From: Leifsonia xyli
GTDB taxonomy: Bacteria > Actinomycetota > Actinomycetes > Actinomycetales > Microbacteriaceae
NCBI GenBank assembly: GCA_003243275.1
Contig: QFQR01000008.1
Span: 11,618 to 75,617 of the forward strand
Direction of reading: 5' to 3'
DNA: 64,000 nucleotides
The notes beneath the pieces were generated by a model, which worked only from the letters and a program-made list of their open reading frames with translations, searched no databases and had not been told where the DNA came from. The translations under genes and the position numbers were made by a program. Positions 25,109-36,127 of this stretch are shown piece after piece. Position 1 is the stretch's first letter, and every line of letters begins with the position of its first letter.

Positions 25109-25663
25109 TCAGGCCGCGACGAGCGCCTCCCGGAGGCCGTCGAGGACGCGGTCGTGCACCTCGCCGACCCCGCCCACGGCGTCGAGCTCCACCACGCGCC
25201 CGCGGTAGTGCTCGAGCAGCGCCTCCTCGGTCGCGCGGAAGCCGGCGATCCGCCTCGCGACGACCTCGGGCGCATCATCCGCCCGGGCCCGCGCCGCCAG
25301 ACGCTCGGCGACCACCGCATCCGGCGCGTCGAAGTGCAGCGCGACGTCGAGCTCGGCGCCCCGGCTGCGCAAGAAACGGTCGAGGATGCGCGCCTGCGCG
25401 ACCGACCGCGGGAAGCCGTCGAGCACGAAACCCGCGGTGTGCGGCTCGAGCGCGTGCTCGACCATGCCCAGCACGAGGTGGTCGGGCACGAGCTCGCCGC
25501 GCTCGACGTGCGCGCGCGCCCCCTCACCGAGTGCGCTTCCGGATGCGATCTCCCCGCGAAGCAGCTCCCCCACGACCACCAGCGGAACACGCAGCCGCTC
25601 CGCGATGAGCGTGCCCTGGGTGCCTTTGCCCGAGCCCGGAGCGCCGACCAACACGATGCGCAT
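25109..25663 (-). CDS. adenylate kinase-like nucleoside monophosphate kinase (short, lid-less type)
   Basis: P-loop MRIVLVGAPGSGKGTQ, GFVLDGFPRSVAQA, and C-terminal RRIAGFRATEEALLEHY. The start overlaps the aceB stop (TGATG at 25661-25665). Confidence 0.8.
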   Translation of the reverse strand: MRIVLVGAPGSGKGTQGTLIAERLRVPLVVVGELLRGEIASGSALGEGARAHVERGELVPDHLVLGMVEHALEPHTAGFVLDGFPRSVAQARILDRFLRSRGAELDVALHFDAPDAVVAERLAARARADDAPEVVARRIAGFRATEEALLEHYRGRVVELDAVGGVGEVHDRVLDGLREALVAA

Positions 25664-27321
25664 CAGGCTGCCCGTCCCGCGGTCGGCACGGCGCCGGTGG
25701 AGAGCGCCGACAGCGCGGCATTCACCTCGGGCTCCACGAGGAAGCGGGAATATGCCTCGATCGTGAGGAAGGTCGGGAACTCGTCTCCCAGCGCGAGGCT
25801 GCGCACGAGCTCCGCGGCGTCGTCGAAGCGGCCCTCGGGAGTGCGGCGCGCCGCGAGCTCCGCATCGAGGAGGTTCTCGACGTGCGCACCCGTCACACGG
25901 GTGCCCTCCGTCGTCACGACGCCCTGGCGGATCCATTGCCAGAGCTGCGAGCGGCTGATCTCGGCGGTCGCCGCGTCCTCCATCAGGTCGTCGATCGCCG
26001 CGGCGCCGACGCCCCGCAGCCACGACTCGAGGTAGCGCAAGGCGATCGACACGTTCGCGGCGACCCCGGCATCCGTCACCTCGCCGTCGAGCGCCAGGTC
26101 GACGAGCTGCCTCGCCTCGACGTGCACGTCATCGCGCAGCCGCCCGAGCTGGTTCGGCCGCTCGCCGAGCACCGCATCGAACTCGGCCCGCGCGGTGGGA
26201 ATCAGGTCGGGATGCGCGACCCAGGTGCCGTCGAAGCCGTCACCCGCCTCGCGCCGCTTGTCGTTCGCGACCTGTTCGAGGGCGCGCGCGGTGACCTCCG
26301 GGTCGCGTCGGTTCGGGATGAACGCGCTCATGCCGCCGATGGCATGAGCACCGCGCCGGTGGCACGTCGCGACCAGCAGCTCGGTGTAGGCGCGCATGAA
26401 CGGCACCGTCATCGTGATCTTCGCGCGGTCGGGCAGCGTGAACGCCGCCCCGCGACCGCGGAAGTTCTTGATGATCGAGAAGATGTAGTCCCAGCGCCCC
26501 GCGTTGAGTCCCGCGCAGTGGTCGCGCAGCTCGTAGAGGATCTCCTCCATCTCGAAGGCCGCCGGGATCGTCTCGATGAGCACCGTCGCGCGGATGGTGC
26601 CGTGCGGGATGCCGAGCAGCTCCTCGCTGACGCTGAACACCTCGTCCCAGAGCCGCGCTTCGAGGTGCGACTCGAGCTTCGGCAGGTAGAAGTACGGCCC
26701 CGAGCCGCGGGCGATCAACTCATGCGCGTTGTGGAATGCATACAGCCCGAAGTCGACGAGCGACGCGGATGCAGGGCTCGCGATGCCCGGCGCGTCGGTG
26801 TAGCGCAGGTGCTTCTCGACGAGGTGCCAGCCGCGCGGTCGGAACACGATCGTCGGGGTCTCGGCGCCGAGCCGGTACTCCTTGCCGTCGGGGCTCGTGA
26901 AGTCGATCTGCCGACGGATCGCGTCGAACAGATTGAGCTGGCCGCCGACGATGTTCGCCCAGGTGGGGCTCGTGGCATCCTCGTGGTCGGCCAGCCAGAC
27001 CTTCGCACCCGAGTTCATCGCGTTGACCGTCATCTTGCGGTCGGTGGGTCCGGTGATCTCGACGCGGCGATCCTCGAGGCCGGCGCCGGCGCCGGCGACC
27101 CGCCAGCTCGCATCCTCGCGGATCTCGCGGGTCTCCGGCAGGAACCTCAGATCGCGCCCGTTCTCGATGGCGCGACGCCGCTCCATCCGGGTGGCGAGGA
27201 TCTCGTGGCGGCGCCCGACGAAGCGGTCGTGCAGCCGGGTGAGGAAGCGCAGCGCCTCCGGGGTGAGGATCTCGTCGAAGCGCTCGCCCTGCGGGCCGAG
27301 CACCTCCATCCGTGCGTTCAT
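25663..27321 (-). CDS. aceB: malate synthase A
   Basis: 552 aa, colinear with the AceB family: RVEITGPTDRKM, WLADHEDATSPTW, RGWHL, and the catalytic region GGMSAFIP...DGTWVAHPDL. Confidence 0.95.
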   Translation of the reverse strand: MNARMEVLGPQGERFDEILTPEALRFLTRLHDRFVGRRHEILATRMERRRAIENGRDLRFLPETREIREDASWRVAGAGAGLEDRRVEITGPTDRKMTVNAMNSGAKVWLADHEDATSPTWANIVGGQLNLFDAIRRQIDFTSPDGKEYRLGAETPTIVFRPRGWHLVEKHLRYTDAPGIASPASASLVDFGLYAFHNAHELIARGSGPYFYLPKLESHLEARLWDEVFSVSEELLGIPHGTIRATVLIETIPAAFEMEEILYELRDHCAGLNAGRWDYIFSIIKNFRGRGAAFTLPDRAKITMTVPFMRAYTELLVATCHRRGAHAIGGMSAFIPNRRDPEVTARALEQVANDKRREAGDGFDGTWVAHPDLIPTARAEFDAVLGERPNQLGRLRDDVHVEARQLVDLALDGEVTDAGVAANVSIALRYLESWLRGVGAAAIDDLMEDAATAEISRSQLWQWIRQGVVTTEGTRVTGAHVENLLDAELAARRTPEGRFDDAAELVRSLALGDEFPTFLTIEAYSRFLVEPEVNAALSALSTGAVPTAGRAA

Positions 27322-27340
27322 GGTCTCGTCTCCTGATGTC

Positions 27341-28657
<1,317 letters not shown>

Positions 28658-28803
28658 GATCGGTTCCTTCCGATGTCGGTCCGCGGGATGCGGTGCGTGT
28701 CATCGATCGTGCGCCCCGCGCAAGGCACTTTTCCGGTCGAATGCGCGCGAAATTCCCAGCTTTTTCTCTTGAGCGCAAGAACCGACCCTGCGAGCATCGA
28801 CGC

Positions 28804-30264
28804 ATGGGCAGTGCAGCCGACGAGACGTTCGACGATGGGGACGTGCTCGACACCCTCACCGTCGGACGACGCATCCGACAGATCCGCCAGAGCCGCGGCA
28901 TGACGCTCGACGACGTCGCGACCGCGATGGGCCGCGCCATCTCGCAGGTGTCGCTCATCGAGAACGGCAAGCGCGAGCTGAAGCTCGGCGAGCTGCAGCG
29001 CCTCGCCCGCATCCTCGGCACGACCGTCGACGAGCTGCTCACGCAGGAGCCGCCGTCGCACCGCGCGGCGCTCGAGATCGCGCTCGAGCGGGCGCAGCGC
29101 GGTCCGCTCTTCCAGAGCCTCGGGCTGGAGCCGCTGCCGATCCGCAAGACGCTCAGCGACGACGCGATCGAGACGATCCTCGCGCTGCACGACGAGCTCG
29201 GCCGCCTCCACCGCGAGCGCGCGGCGACCCCCGAGGAGGCGCGCCGTGCGAACGCCGAGCTGCGGCGCGAGCAGCGCGCGCGCGGCAACTACTTCCCCGA
29301 GCTCGAGGCCACCGCGTCCGAGCTGCTGACCGCCGTCGGCCACGAGGGCGGTCCGCTCTCCCAGCGCGTCGCATCCGAGCTCGCCCGGCACCTCGGGTTC
29401 ACCCTGCACTACGTCGCCGACCTGCCGCCGACCACGCGATCCGTCACCGACCACGCCAACGGCCGGCTCTACCTGCCGGTGCGGCAGGGCGGCGACCCGC
29501 GCTCGGCGCTGCTGCAGGCGCTCGCGGCCCACGTGCTCGGCAAGCAGGAGCCGCGCGACTACGCCGAGCTGCTGCGCCAGCGCGTGGAGACGAACTACCT
29601 CGCGGGCGCCCTGCTCATCCCCGAGAACAGCGCCGTCGAGTTCCTGACCGCCGCGAAGGCCAAGCGCGAGCTCTCGGTCGAGGATCTCCGCGACGCCTTC
29701 GCCGTGAGCTACGAGACGGCCGCCCACCGCTTCACCAACCTCGCCACCCAGCACCTCGGCATCCCGCTGCACTTCCTCAAGGTGCACGAATCGGGGGCCA
29801 TCTCGAAGGCGTACGAGAACGACGGTGCCCTGTTCCCGACGGATGCGCTGGGCGCGGTCGAGGGGCAGGTCGTCTGCCGCTTCTGGTCGGCACGCCAGGT
29901 GTTCGACGTGGAGGACCGCTTCAGTCCGTACCACCAGTACACCGACAAGCCGAACGGCACCTACTGGTGCACCTCGTCGATCCAGTCGACCGCCAACGGC
30001 TCGTTCTCGGTGAGCGTCGGCACGCCGTTCGTGCACGTGAAGTGGTTCCGCGGGCGCGACACCCCGGTGCGGCGCGCGTCGACCTGCCCCGACCCGGCGT
30101 GCTGCCGGAGGCCGCCGGCCGAGCTCGCCGCGCGGTGGGGGGAGGCGGCCTGGCCGAGCGCGCGCCTGCACTCCTCGCTGCTCGCGGCGATGCCGACCGG
30201 CACCTTCACCGGGGTCGACCTCACCGAGGTGTACGAGTTCCTGGAGGCCCACTCGCCGGAGTGA
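28804..30264 (+). CDS. ramB: RamB/PrpR-type regulator (XRE HTH plus ImmA/IrrE-like plus DUF2083-type domains)
   Basis: HTH is VGRRIRQIRQSRGMTLDDVATAMGRAISQVSLIENGKRELKLGELQRLARILG, followed by a long C-terminal region with a Cys cluster (STCPDPACC). It is divergent from aceA, as for RamB. Start is placed at ATG 28804. Confidence 0.8.
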   Translation: MGSAADETFDDGDVLDTLTVGRRIRQIRQSRGMTLDDVATAMGRAISQVSLIENGKRELKLGELQRLARILGTTVDELLTQEPPSHRAALEIALERAQRGPLFQSLGLEPLPIRKTLSDDAIETILALHDELGRLHRERAATPEEARRANAELRREQRARGNYFPELEATASELLTAVGHEGGPLSQRVASELARHLGFTLHYVADLPPTTRSVTDHANGRLYLPVRQGGDPRSALLQALAAHVLGKQEPRDYAELLRQRVETNYLAGALLIPENSAVEFLTAAKAKRELSVEDLRDAFAVSYETAAHRFTNLATQHLGIPLHFLKVHESGAISKAYENDGALFPTDALGAVEGQVVCRFWSARQVFDVEDRFSPYHQYTDKPNGTYWCTSSIQSTANGSFSVSVGTPFVHVKWFRGRDTPVRRASTCPDPACCRRPPAELAARWGEAAWPSARLHSSLLAAMPTGTFTGVDLTEVYEFLEAHSPE

Positions 30265-30270
30265 GGGTCG

Positions 30271-30810
30271 TCAGGGCGCTCGGAGCCCGGCCAGCAGCAC
30301 CGGGAGCAGCCGCTCGCGGTCCGCTGGTTCGCCGAGGCGGACCGCGTACTCGACACCGCAGACGAGGTGCTCGACCTGGCGCACCGTGAGGCCAGGGCGG
30401 ACCGCACCCGCGCGCTGCGCGCGGTCGAGCACCGCCTGGAAGGCGGAGACGATCTCCGCTTTCGCCTCCCGGACCTCGGGGGCGTCATCCGCGGGGGCGA
30501 GCAGCACCGACTGCAGCCCGCCGTCGGAGAGCTGCAGGGCGAGCGCGCCCGTCAGGTAGTCGGTGAAGGCTCGGCCGGCGTCGGGCTCCTCGGCGGCCGC
30601 CCGGGCGAGGTCGCGCATCCGCTCGAGGGTGTCGACGGTGAGTGCCGCGACGAGCGCGGGCACGGTGGGGAAGTGCCGGTACACCGTGCCGACTCCGACA
30701 CCCGCGTCGCGTGCCACCTCGTTGAGCCGGAGGTGCCGCACGTCGTGGCCGCGCGCAGCCTCGAGGATGCGGGCCCGGCTGCGTGCGGCGTCGGCGCGGA
30801 GGGTGGTCAC
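30271..30810 (-). CDS. TetR family transcriptional regulator
   Basis: HTH is ILEAARGHDVRHLRLNEVARDAGVGVGTVYRHFPTVPALV. GTG start. It is divergent from an SDR gene. Confidence 0.85.
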   Translation of the reverse strand: MTTLRADAARSRARILEAARGHDVRHLRLNEVARDAGVGVGTVYRHFPTVPALVAALTVDTLERMRDLARAAAEEPDAGRAFTDYLTGALALQLSDGGLQSVLLAPADDAPEVREAKAEIVSAFQAVLDRAQRAGAVRPGLTVRQVEHLVCGVEYAVRLGEPADRERLLPVLLAGLRAP

Positions 30811-30827
30811 GCGTCGATCCTACCCCG

Positions 30828-30883
30828 AAACGGATCGCTCATCCGCTTTCGTGCTAGCGTCAAACGGATTACTCATCCGCTTT
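30828..30883. promoter_or_regulatory. two 22-bp direct repeats (candidate TetR operators)
   Basis: AAACGGATCGCTCATCCGCTTT (30828-30849) and AAACGGATTACTCATCCGCTTT (30862-30883) are 20/22 identical. Each is an imperfect palindrome (AAACGGAT / ATCCGCTTT). They lie in the TetR/SDR divergent intergenic region. Confidence 0.45.
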
Positions 30884-30892
30884 GGAGGACCC

Positions 30893-31852
30893 ATGAACCG
30901 CACCCGATTCACCCCGCCCATGCAACGGGGTCGCACGATCGTCGTCACCGGGGCCACGGCGGGCATCGGCTACTTCGCAGCCGAGCAGCTCGCCGCGGCC
31001 GGGGCGCACGTGGTGCTCGCCTCGCGGACACCCGCGAAGCTCGTCGCCGCGCGCGACGCGATCCTCGCCCAGGTGACGGGGGCCCGGGTCGACACCGTGC
31101 GCCTCGACCTGGCATCCCCCGACTCGGTCGGCGAGGCGGTCGCCGAGCTCGCCGGTCGCGAACGTCTCGACGCGCTGCTGCTCAACGGCGGAGCCATGGA
31201 GGGCCGAAACGCCCCCACCGCCTGGGGGCGGCCGGCGATCATCTCCACCCACGTGCTCGGGAACGCGGCGCTCGTCGCAGGTCTCCTCCCCCTCCTCGCG
31301 CGCACCGGCACGGAGGCACGGCCCTCCCGGATCGTGCACACCTCGTCGGGATTCGTCGACCGCGCGCGGCGACTCGACCTCCGCGATCCGCTGCGGACCC
31401 CGCGCAACGCGATCGTCGCGTACACCCGGGCGAAGCTCGTCACCGAGGTGTACGCGCTCGAACTCGACCGCCGGATGGCCGCCGCGGGCGCACCCGTGAT
31501 CTCGCTGATCAGCCGGCCGGGGGTGGGCGTCGACGCGCGCACCCCGGATCGCCCCGGAGTGCACGACGCGACGACCCGGCACCGCCGCAACCCCTTCACC
31601 CCGTGGGCGCAGGGCAAGGACACCGCGGCCTGGTCGGCGGTGCGGGCCGTCACCGACCCGGCCGCCCGCGGGGGCGAGCTCTACGCGCCGGCCGGGGGCC
31701 TCATCGGGGAACCCGAGCGGCGGCCCGTCGCGGCGCACGTGGTCGGCGTCGACGGGGAGATCGTCCAGGCCGTGTGGCGTGAGGTGAACGCGGCGGCCGG
31801 CGTCGACGTCAGCGGGGATCTCCCGGCGCCGTCCGGGCGGCTCCCCCGCTGA
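30893..31852 (+). CDS. SDR-family oxidoreductase (retinol-dehydrogenase-like, 319 aa)
   Basis: IVVTGATAGIGYFAA cofactor motif, NGGA, and YTRAKL (YxxxK). A GGAGGA RBS sits upstream of ATG 30893. Confidence 0.8.
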   Translation: MNRTRFTPPMQRGRTIVVTGATAGIGYFAAEQLAAAGAHVVLASRTPAKLVAARDAILAQVTGARVDTVRLDLASPDSVGEAVAELAGRERLDALLLNGGAMEGRNAPTAWGRPAIISTHVLGNAALVAGLLPLLARTGTEARPSRIVHTSSGFVDRARRLDLRDPLRTPRNAIVAYTRAKLVTEVYALELDRRMAAAGAPVISLISRPGVGVDARTPDRPGVHDATTRHRRNPFTPWAQGKDTAAWSAVRAVTDPAARGGELYAPAGGLIGEPERRPVAAHVVGVDGEIVQAVWREVNAAAGVDVSGDLPAPSGRLPR

Positions 31853-32007
31853 GCGCGTCGGCGTCGGGCTCCTGCTGGTCGCCGGACGCCGCATCCGCCT
31901 GGGTGCGACGTCGCGCGTCGCGCCCGCGCTCCCGAGCGCTCAGCTCCTGGGGCTCGACGTAGGTCCTCCCGGCCCGGTGGTCCTTCTCGTGGGCCATGGC
32001 GCGGGGC

Positions 32008-32472
32008 TCAGTGGAAGGCGGTGCCGCCCACCGTGCGCTGCGGGTCGGCGGCCTCCGCCGCCTCGTCCGGGGCGAACGGCGCGGGCTCGTCGGGGGTGAT
32101 GTCGGGGTCGATCGGCACGCCGTCGGGTGCGCCCGGGACCGGCTCGGCGGGCGGGCCGGCCGGCGGGGGCGCGATCGACGCGTCGGTGTCTGCGAGCACC
32201 GAGCCGTCGGGCTCCGACAGCTCGCCATCGGTGGTCGGCATCCGCTGGCTGTCGAACTGGCCGTCGGGACTCGCCGGAGCCTGGGTCCCCGCTTCGGGGA
32301 CGGTCACGACCTCGTCGGGCTGGGACAGCAGTCCGTCGGGTCCGAGTTCGTCGGATGCGACGGTGTCGTGATGCGGGTGGCCGACGACGTAGCCGTCGGC
32401 GTCGAAGTGCTGCGGCTGGATGCCGGTCGACTCGTCGAGGGGGTGGTCCTGGATGTTCTGAGCGTCGGTCAT
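32008..32472 (-). CDS. acidic Pro/Asp-rich, probably disordered protein (154 aa)
   Basis: ATG 32472 is preceded by GGAGAGGAG. The product MTDAQNIQDHPLDES... has recurring xPDG...D segments (GPDGLLSQPD, SPDGQFDSQ, EPDGSVLADTD, APDGVPIDPD). No family recognised. Confidence 0.5.
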   Translation of the reverse strand: MTDAQNIQDHPLDESTGIQPQHFDADGYVVGHPHHDTVASDELGPDGLLSQPDEVVTVPEAGTQAPASPDGQFDSQRMPTTDGELSEPDGSVLADTDASIAPPPAGPPAEPVPGAPDGVPIDPDITPDEPAPFAPDEAAEAADPQRTVGGTAFH

Positions 32473-32590
32473 GGCTGCTCCTCTCCGGCACCCAGTCCAC
32501 GCCGGATCGCCCCGCCGCGCGAGGGGGTGACAGCGCACCCCGGGAGGGTTACCATCCCCGGCGCGCGGAGCGCCCTCCGGCGCGAGAGGC

Positions 32591-33829
32591 TCAGCGGGCG
32601 GGGGTGCGGATGAGCGCCTCGATCGGCATGAGGGCCGAGCCGAGGGCCACGGTGTCGCCTCCGAAGCTCGCGACGGCGAGCTCGAACTGGCCCCCGGCGC
32701 GCTGCAGGCAGTTGTCGTCGACCGCCGCCCGGATACGGTCGGCGTGTCGCTCCATGAGCCGCAGACCGACCCAGCCCCCGACGACCACCCGCTGCGGGTT
32801 GGTCAGGTTGACCATGCTGCCGAGCGCCGCGCCCAGCACGGCGATCACACGATCCAGCACGGACGCCGCCGCCGGATCGGCAGCGTCGGCGGCGTCGAGC
32901 AGGGACCCGAGCGCCTGCCATCCGCTGCCCTCGAACACGCCACCGGCATCCCGCCAGGCGGCGAGCACGGCGTCGGCCCCCAGGTAGGCCTCGACGCAGC
33001 CGCGGTCACCGCAGCGGCAGCGCTCCCCGTCGTAGCGCACCTTCGTGTGGCCCCACTCGGTGGCACTCGAGTGCGCGCCGCGGAAGAGCTCGCCGTCGCG
33101 CACCACCCCGAGCCCCACACCGCGGCCGAGGAGGGCGATGAGCGCGTGGTCGGCCCCGCGAGCGGCCCCGAACCAGAGCTCCGCGCGCGCCTGCGTCTTC
33201 GCGCCGTTCTCGGCGAACACGGGCAGGTCCGGGTCGAGATCGAGGGGGATCGGCAGGGCGGGCCAGTGGAGGCTCTGGGCGTAGAGGGTCTGCCGCCCGG
33301 CGGCATCCGTCTCGACCACGCCCGGGAGGCCGAGCCCGATGCCGAGCACCCGCGGCCAGCGCGCGGCGTTGCGGGCGCGCAGCGCCGCGATCGCCTCGCG
33401 CAGATCGACGACGATGCCCTCGGGCGTCTCCTGCTCGCGGCCGCCGCGGAACTCGCGGTCGACCATCGTGAGGCTGAGGTCGAAGAGCTCCACCGCGACG
33501 CCGCGCTCGCCGACATCCGCCCCGATCGCATAGGCGCCATCGGCGTTCGGGGCGATGAGCGAGATCGGCCGGCCCCCACGAGAGCTGACGGTGCCGGTCT
33601 CCACGACGAGGCCGTCGGCCAAGAGCTCGGCCACGAGGTTCGCGGCGGATGCGGCCGAGAGCCCGCACCGGCGCGCCACTTCCGCCCGGGTCGTCTCCCG
33701 GTCGCGCAGGACCACCTGCAGCGCGGCGGCGCGGTTGCGCTGGCGCAGCGAGGTGACCGTCGACGCCTCGGGCAGGGGGGCACCCGGCACGGCGTCGCGC
33801 AGCGTCATGCTGAGACCGTAGCGGGTCAT
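32591..33829 (-). CDS. ROK family transcriptional regulator
   Basis: N-terminal winged helix is RNRAAALQVVLRDRETTRAEVARRCGLSAASAANLVAELLADGLV. The ROK sugar-kinase fold has the zinc motif GHTKVRYDGERCRCGDRGCVE. The start overlaps the GH5 stop (ATGA). Confidence 0.85.
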   Translation of the reverse strand: MTRYGLSMTLRDAVPGAPLPEASTVTSLRQRNRAAALQVVLRDRETTRAEVARRCGLSAASAANLVAELLADGLVVETGTVSSRGGRPISLIAPNADGAYAIGADVGERGVAVELFDLSLTMVDREFRGGREQETPEGIVVDLREAIAALRARNAARWPRVLGIGLGLPGVVETDAAGRQTLYAQSLHWPALPIPLDLDPDLPVFAENGAKTQARAELWFGAARGADHALIALLGRGVGLGVVRDGELFRGAHSSATEWGHTKVRYDGERCRCGDRGCVEAYLGADAVLAAWRDAGGVFEGSGWQALGSLLDAADAADPAAASVLDRVIAVLGAALGSMVNLTNPQRVVVGGWVGLRLMERHADRIRAAVDDNCLQRAGGQFELAVASFGGDTVALGSALMPIEALIRTPAR

Positions 33830-35265
33830 GGCGCGGCGTCGACACCGCGCACGCGCGCCGCCCCACGAGCCTCGACGACGAGTGCCGCGCCGTCCCAGTG
33901 CGCGTCGACCGGGCCGTCCGCGTCCACGGTCCAACTCCCGGGGGCCTCCGACAACGGGAACGCGATCCGCGATCCCGCCTCGAGCCGCACGGCGACCGCG
34001 ACCTCCTCCTCCGAGTACGGTGCGCCGGCGGTGTGATGCCAGAGGCCCTCCGGCAGTGGTCCGTCGACGAGCCCGGCGATCGGCGTCTCGACGCCGTCGC
34101 GGAGACCCGACCACGCGGGGATGCGGAAGCCGGGGCGACCGACGAGCGCGTCGATCACCGGCTGCCGCCGCTCGCAGTTCTCCAGCCGCACGGCGTCGAG
34201 GAACCCGTCGAGCAGTGCGGTCGCCCGGACGGCATCCGGGCGCTCCGCGGGGTCGGCGACGAGCTCCCACCCGTCGGGCACCGGCGCCGAGAACGGCGAC
34301 GTGAGGGTGCCGAGCTTCTTCCACGGCCAGAAGTTCCAGCCGATGCCGTGCCGCTCGTAGAGCTGGGTGGCGGCGTAGATCCACCCGGGGGTGTTCTCGC
34401 CCCCTTCTCCCATGTAGATCGGGGTGTCGAGGGCGTCGCGCACCTCGAGGTACTCGGCGATGCTCGTCTCGTCGGGCGGGCACCAGTAGCGGTGGAACTG
34501 AAGCAGCTGGTTGTCGTCGAACCGCCCCCGCAGCACCGACCAGTTGGTGGCCCAGTGGCTGCCCTCGTAGACCAGCAGGTGGCGGTCGTCGATCGCCCGG
34601 ATCGCGGAGGTCAGCTCGCGATAGAGCTCGACGAGCTCGTCGGCGTACCGGTGCTGCCACTCGTTGGGCAGCGGCTCGTTGAGCAGGTCGTAGCCGAGCA
34701 CGCTCTCGCGGTCGCGGTAGCGCCGGGCGAGCTCCTCCCACAGGGCGATCGTCTGCGCCCGGAATCGCGGGTTCTCGAAGAGCTCGGGTCGCCCGTTCGG
34801 GGAGTCGTCGATGTTGGTGCCCGTCTGGCCGCCGGGAGCGCCGTGCAGGTCGAGCAGGATGCGCAGGCCGTGGGCCTCGCTCCAGGCGACGGCGCGCTCG
34901 ATGAGCGCGAACCCCTCCTCCCGCCACGCGCCGTCGTCGTCCATCACCCCGCGGGCATTGATCGGCAGCCGCACGTGATCGAAGCCGAGGCCGGCGATCT
35001 CGCGGATGTCGGCCTCCGTGATGAAGTCGTCGCGGAACCTCCGCCAGAACGCCTCCGCCGCATCCGCCCCCACGAGCTGCGCGACGCGCCCCTCGATCTG
35101 CCGCGGCGAGGACTGCTCGTCGCCGAACCTCCACATGTAGCCCTCGGCGAGCAGCCAGTTGCCGAGACCGATGCCGCGCAGCAGGAGCGGCCCCTGGTCG
35201 TCGACGAGGCGGGTGCCGTCTGCCCGCACGAATCCGGTGCGGGGGGCGGGGCGGGGAAGGGACAT
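33826..35265 (-). CDS. glycoside hydrolase family 5 (exo-beta-glucanase-like)
   Basis: GFDHVRLPI, LLDLHGAPGGQTGTNIDDS and YDLLNEP (acid/base Glu) are typical GH5 blocks. Confidence 0.8.
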   Translation of the reverse strand: MSLPRPAPRTGFVRADGTRLVDDQGPLLLRGIGLGNWLLAEGYMWRFGDEQSSPRQIEGRVAQLVGADAAEAFWRRFRDDFITEADIREIAGLGFDHVRLPINARGVMDDDGAWREEGFALIERAVAWSEAHGLRILLDLHGAPGGQTGTNIDDSPNGRPELFENPRFRAQTIALWEELARRYRDRESVLGYDLLNEPLPNEWQHRYADELVELYRELTSAIRAIDDRHLLVYEGSHWATNWSVLRGRFDDNQLLQFHRYWCPPDETSIAEYLEVRDALDTPIYMGEGGENTPGWIYAATQLYERHGIGWNFWPWKKLGTLTSPFSAPVPDGWELVADPAERPDAVRATALLDGFLDAVRLENCERRQPVIDALVGRPGFRIPAWSGLRDGVETPIAGLVDGPLPEGLWHHTAGAPYSEEEVAVAVRLEAGSRIAFPLSEAPGSWTVDADGPVDAHWDGAALVVEARGAARVRGVDAAP

Positions 35266-35281
35266 GCGGGGCGGGCTCCTC

Positions 35282-36127
35282 TTACTTGAGTCCGGACAGG
35301 GCGAAGCCCTGCACGACGTAACGCTGGAAGACGACGAAAACGATGAGGATCGGCACGACCATGAGGGTCGACGCCGCCATCTGCAGCGAAGGGTTGGTGG
35401 CGATCTGCTGGTTGAGGAGGGCGACTCCGACCGACAGCGTGTAGAGCCGCTGATCGTTGGCGATGATGAGCGGCCACAGGAAGCTGTTCCATCCGGCGAT
35501 GAACGTCAGCACGACCTGCACGGCCAGGATCGGCCGCGACATCGGCAGGATGATGCGGAGGAAGATGCGCCACTCCCCCGCCCCGTCGATGCGCGCCGCC
35601 TCGATGACCTCGGTGGGGATGGTCGACATGAACTGCCGGAACAGGAAGATGCTGAAGCCCGAGACGAGCGTCGGCAGCGCGATGCCCACGAGGGTGTTGG
35701 TGAGCTTCATGCCGTTGAGGATGAGATAGGTCGGGATCATCGTCACCTGCACCGGGATCATCATCGTGACGAGCACGAGGAAGAACAGCGCGTCGCGACC
35801 CGGGAAGCTGAACTTGGCGAACCCGTAGCCGCAGGCCGCCATGAGCACGAGGCCGACCATGCTGATGAGCACGATCGCGATGGTGTTCACCAGATAGCGG
35901 CCGAAGTCGAGCTCGACGAACAACTGCTGGAAGTACTCGAGGGTGGGGTTCTGGGGCAGCAGCTGAGGCGGGTAGGCGACGGATTCGCTGCGCGGCTTGA
36001 CGGAGGCGAACACCATCCAGATGAACGGGAAGGCGACGCCGAACGCGCCGAGGGCGAGCAGCGCGCCGATGACGATCGTGGCGGTGCGGCCCTGACGCGG
36101 GCCGCGGAGGCGCTCAATAGTCGACAT
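35282..36127 (-). CDS. carbohydrate ABC transporter permease
   Basis: Six TM helices with the EAA loop IEAARIDGAGEWRIFLRIILP. Confidence 0.9.
   Translation of the reverse strand: MSTIERLRGPRQGRTATIVIGALLALGAFGVAFPFIWMVFASVKPRSESVAYPPQLLPQNPTLEYFQQLFVELDFGRYLVNTIAIVLISMVGLVLMAACGYGFAKFSFPGRDALFFLVLVTMMIPVQVTMIPTYLILNGMKLTNTLVGIALPTLVSGFSIFLFRQFMSTIPTEVIEAARIDGAGEWRIFLRIILPMSRPILAVQVVLTFIAGWNSFLWPLIIANDQRLYTLSVGVALLNQQIATNPSLQMAASTLMVVPILIVFVVFQRYVVQGFALSGLK

Noticed and set aside
31809-31997. A 62-codon ORF (MAHEKDHRAGRTYVEPQELSARERGRDARRRTQ...) downstream of the acidic protein gene.
   Set aside because: It has no RBS, overlaps the 3' end of the convergent SDR gene by 44 nt, and has low-complexity composition. 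The evidence is insufficient to call it a gene, so it is mentioned only within a finding.
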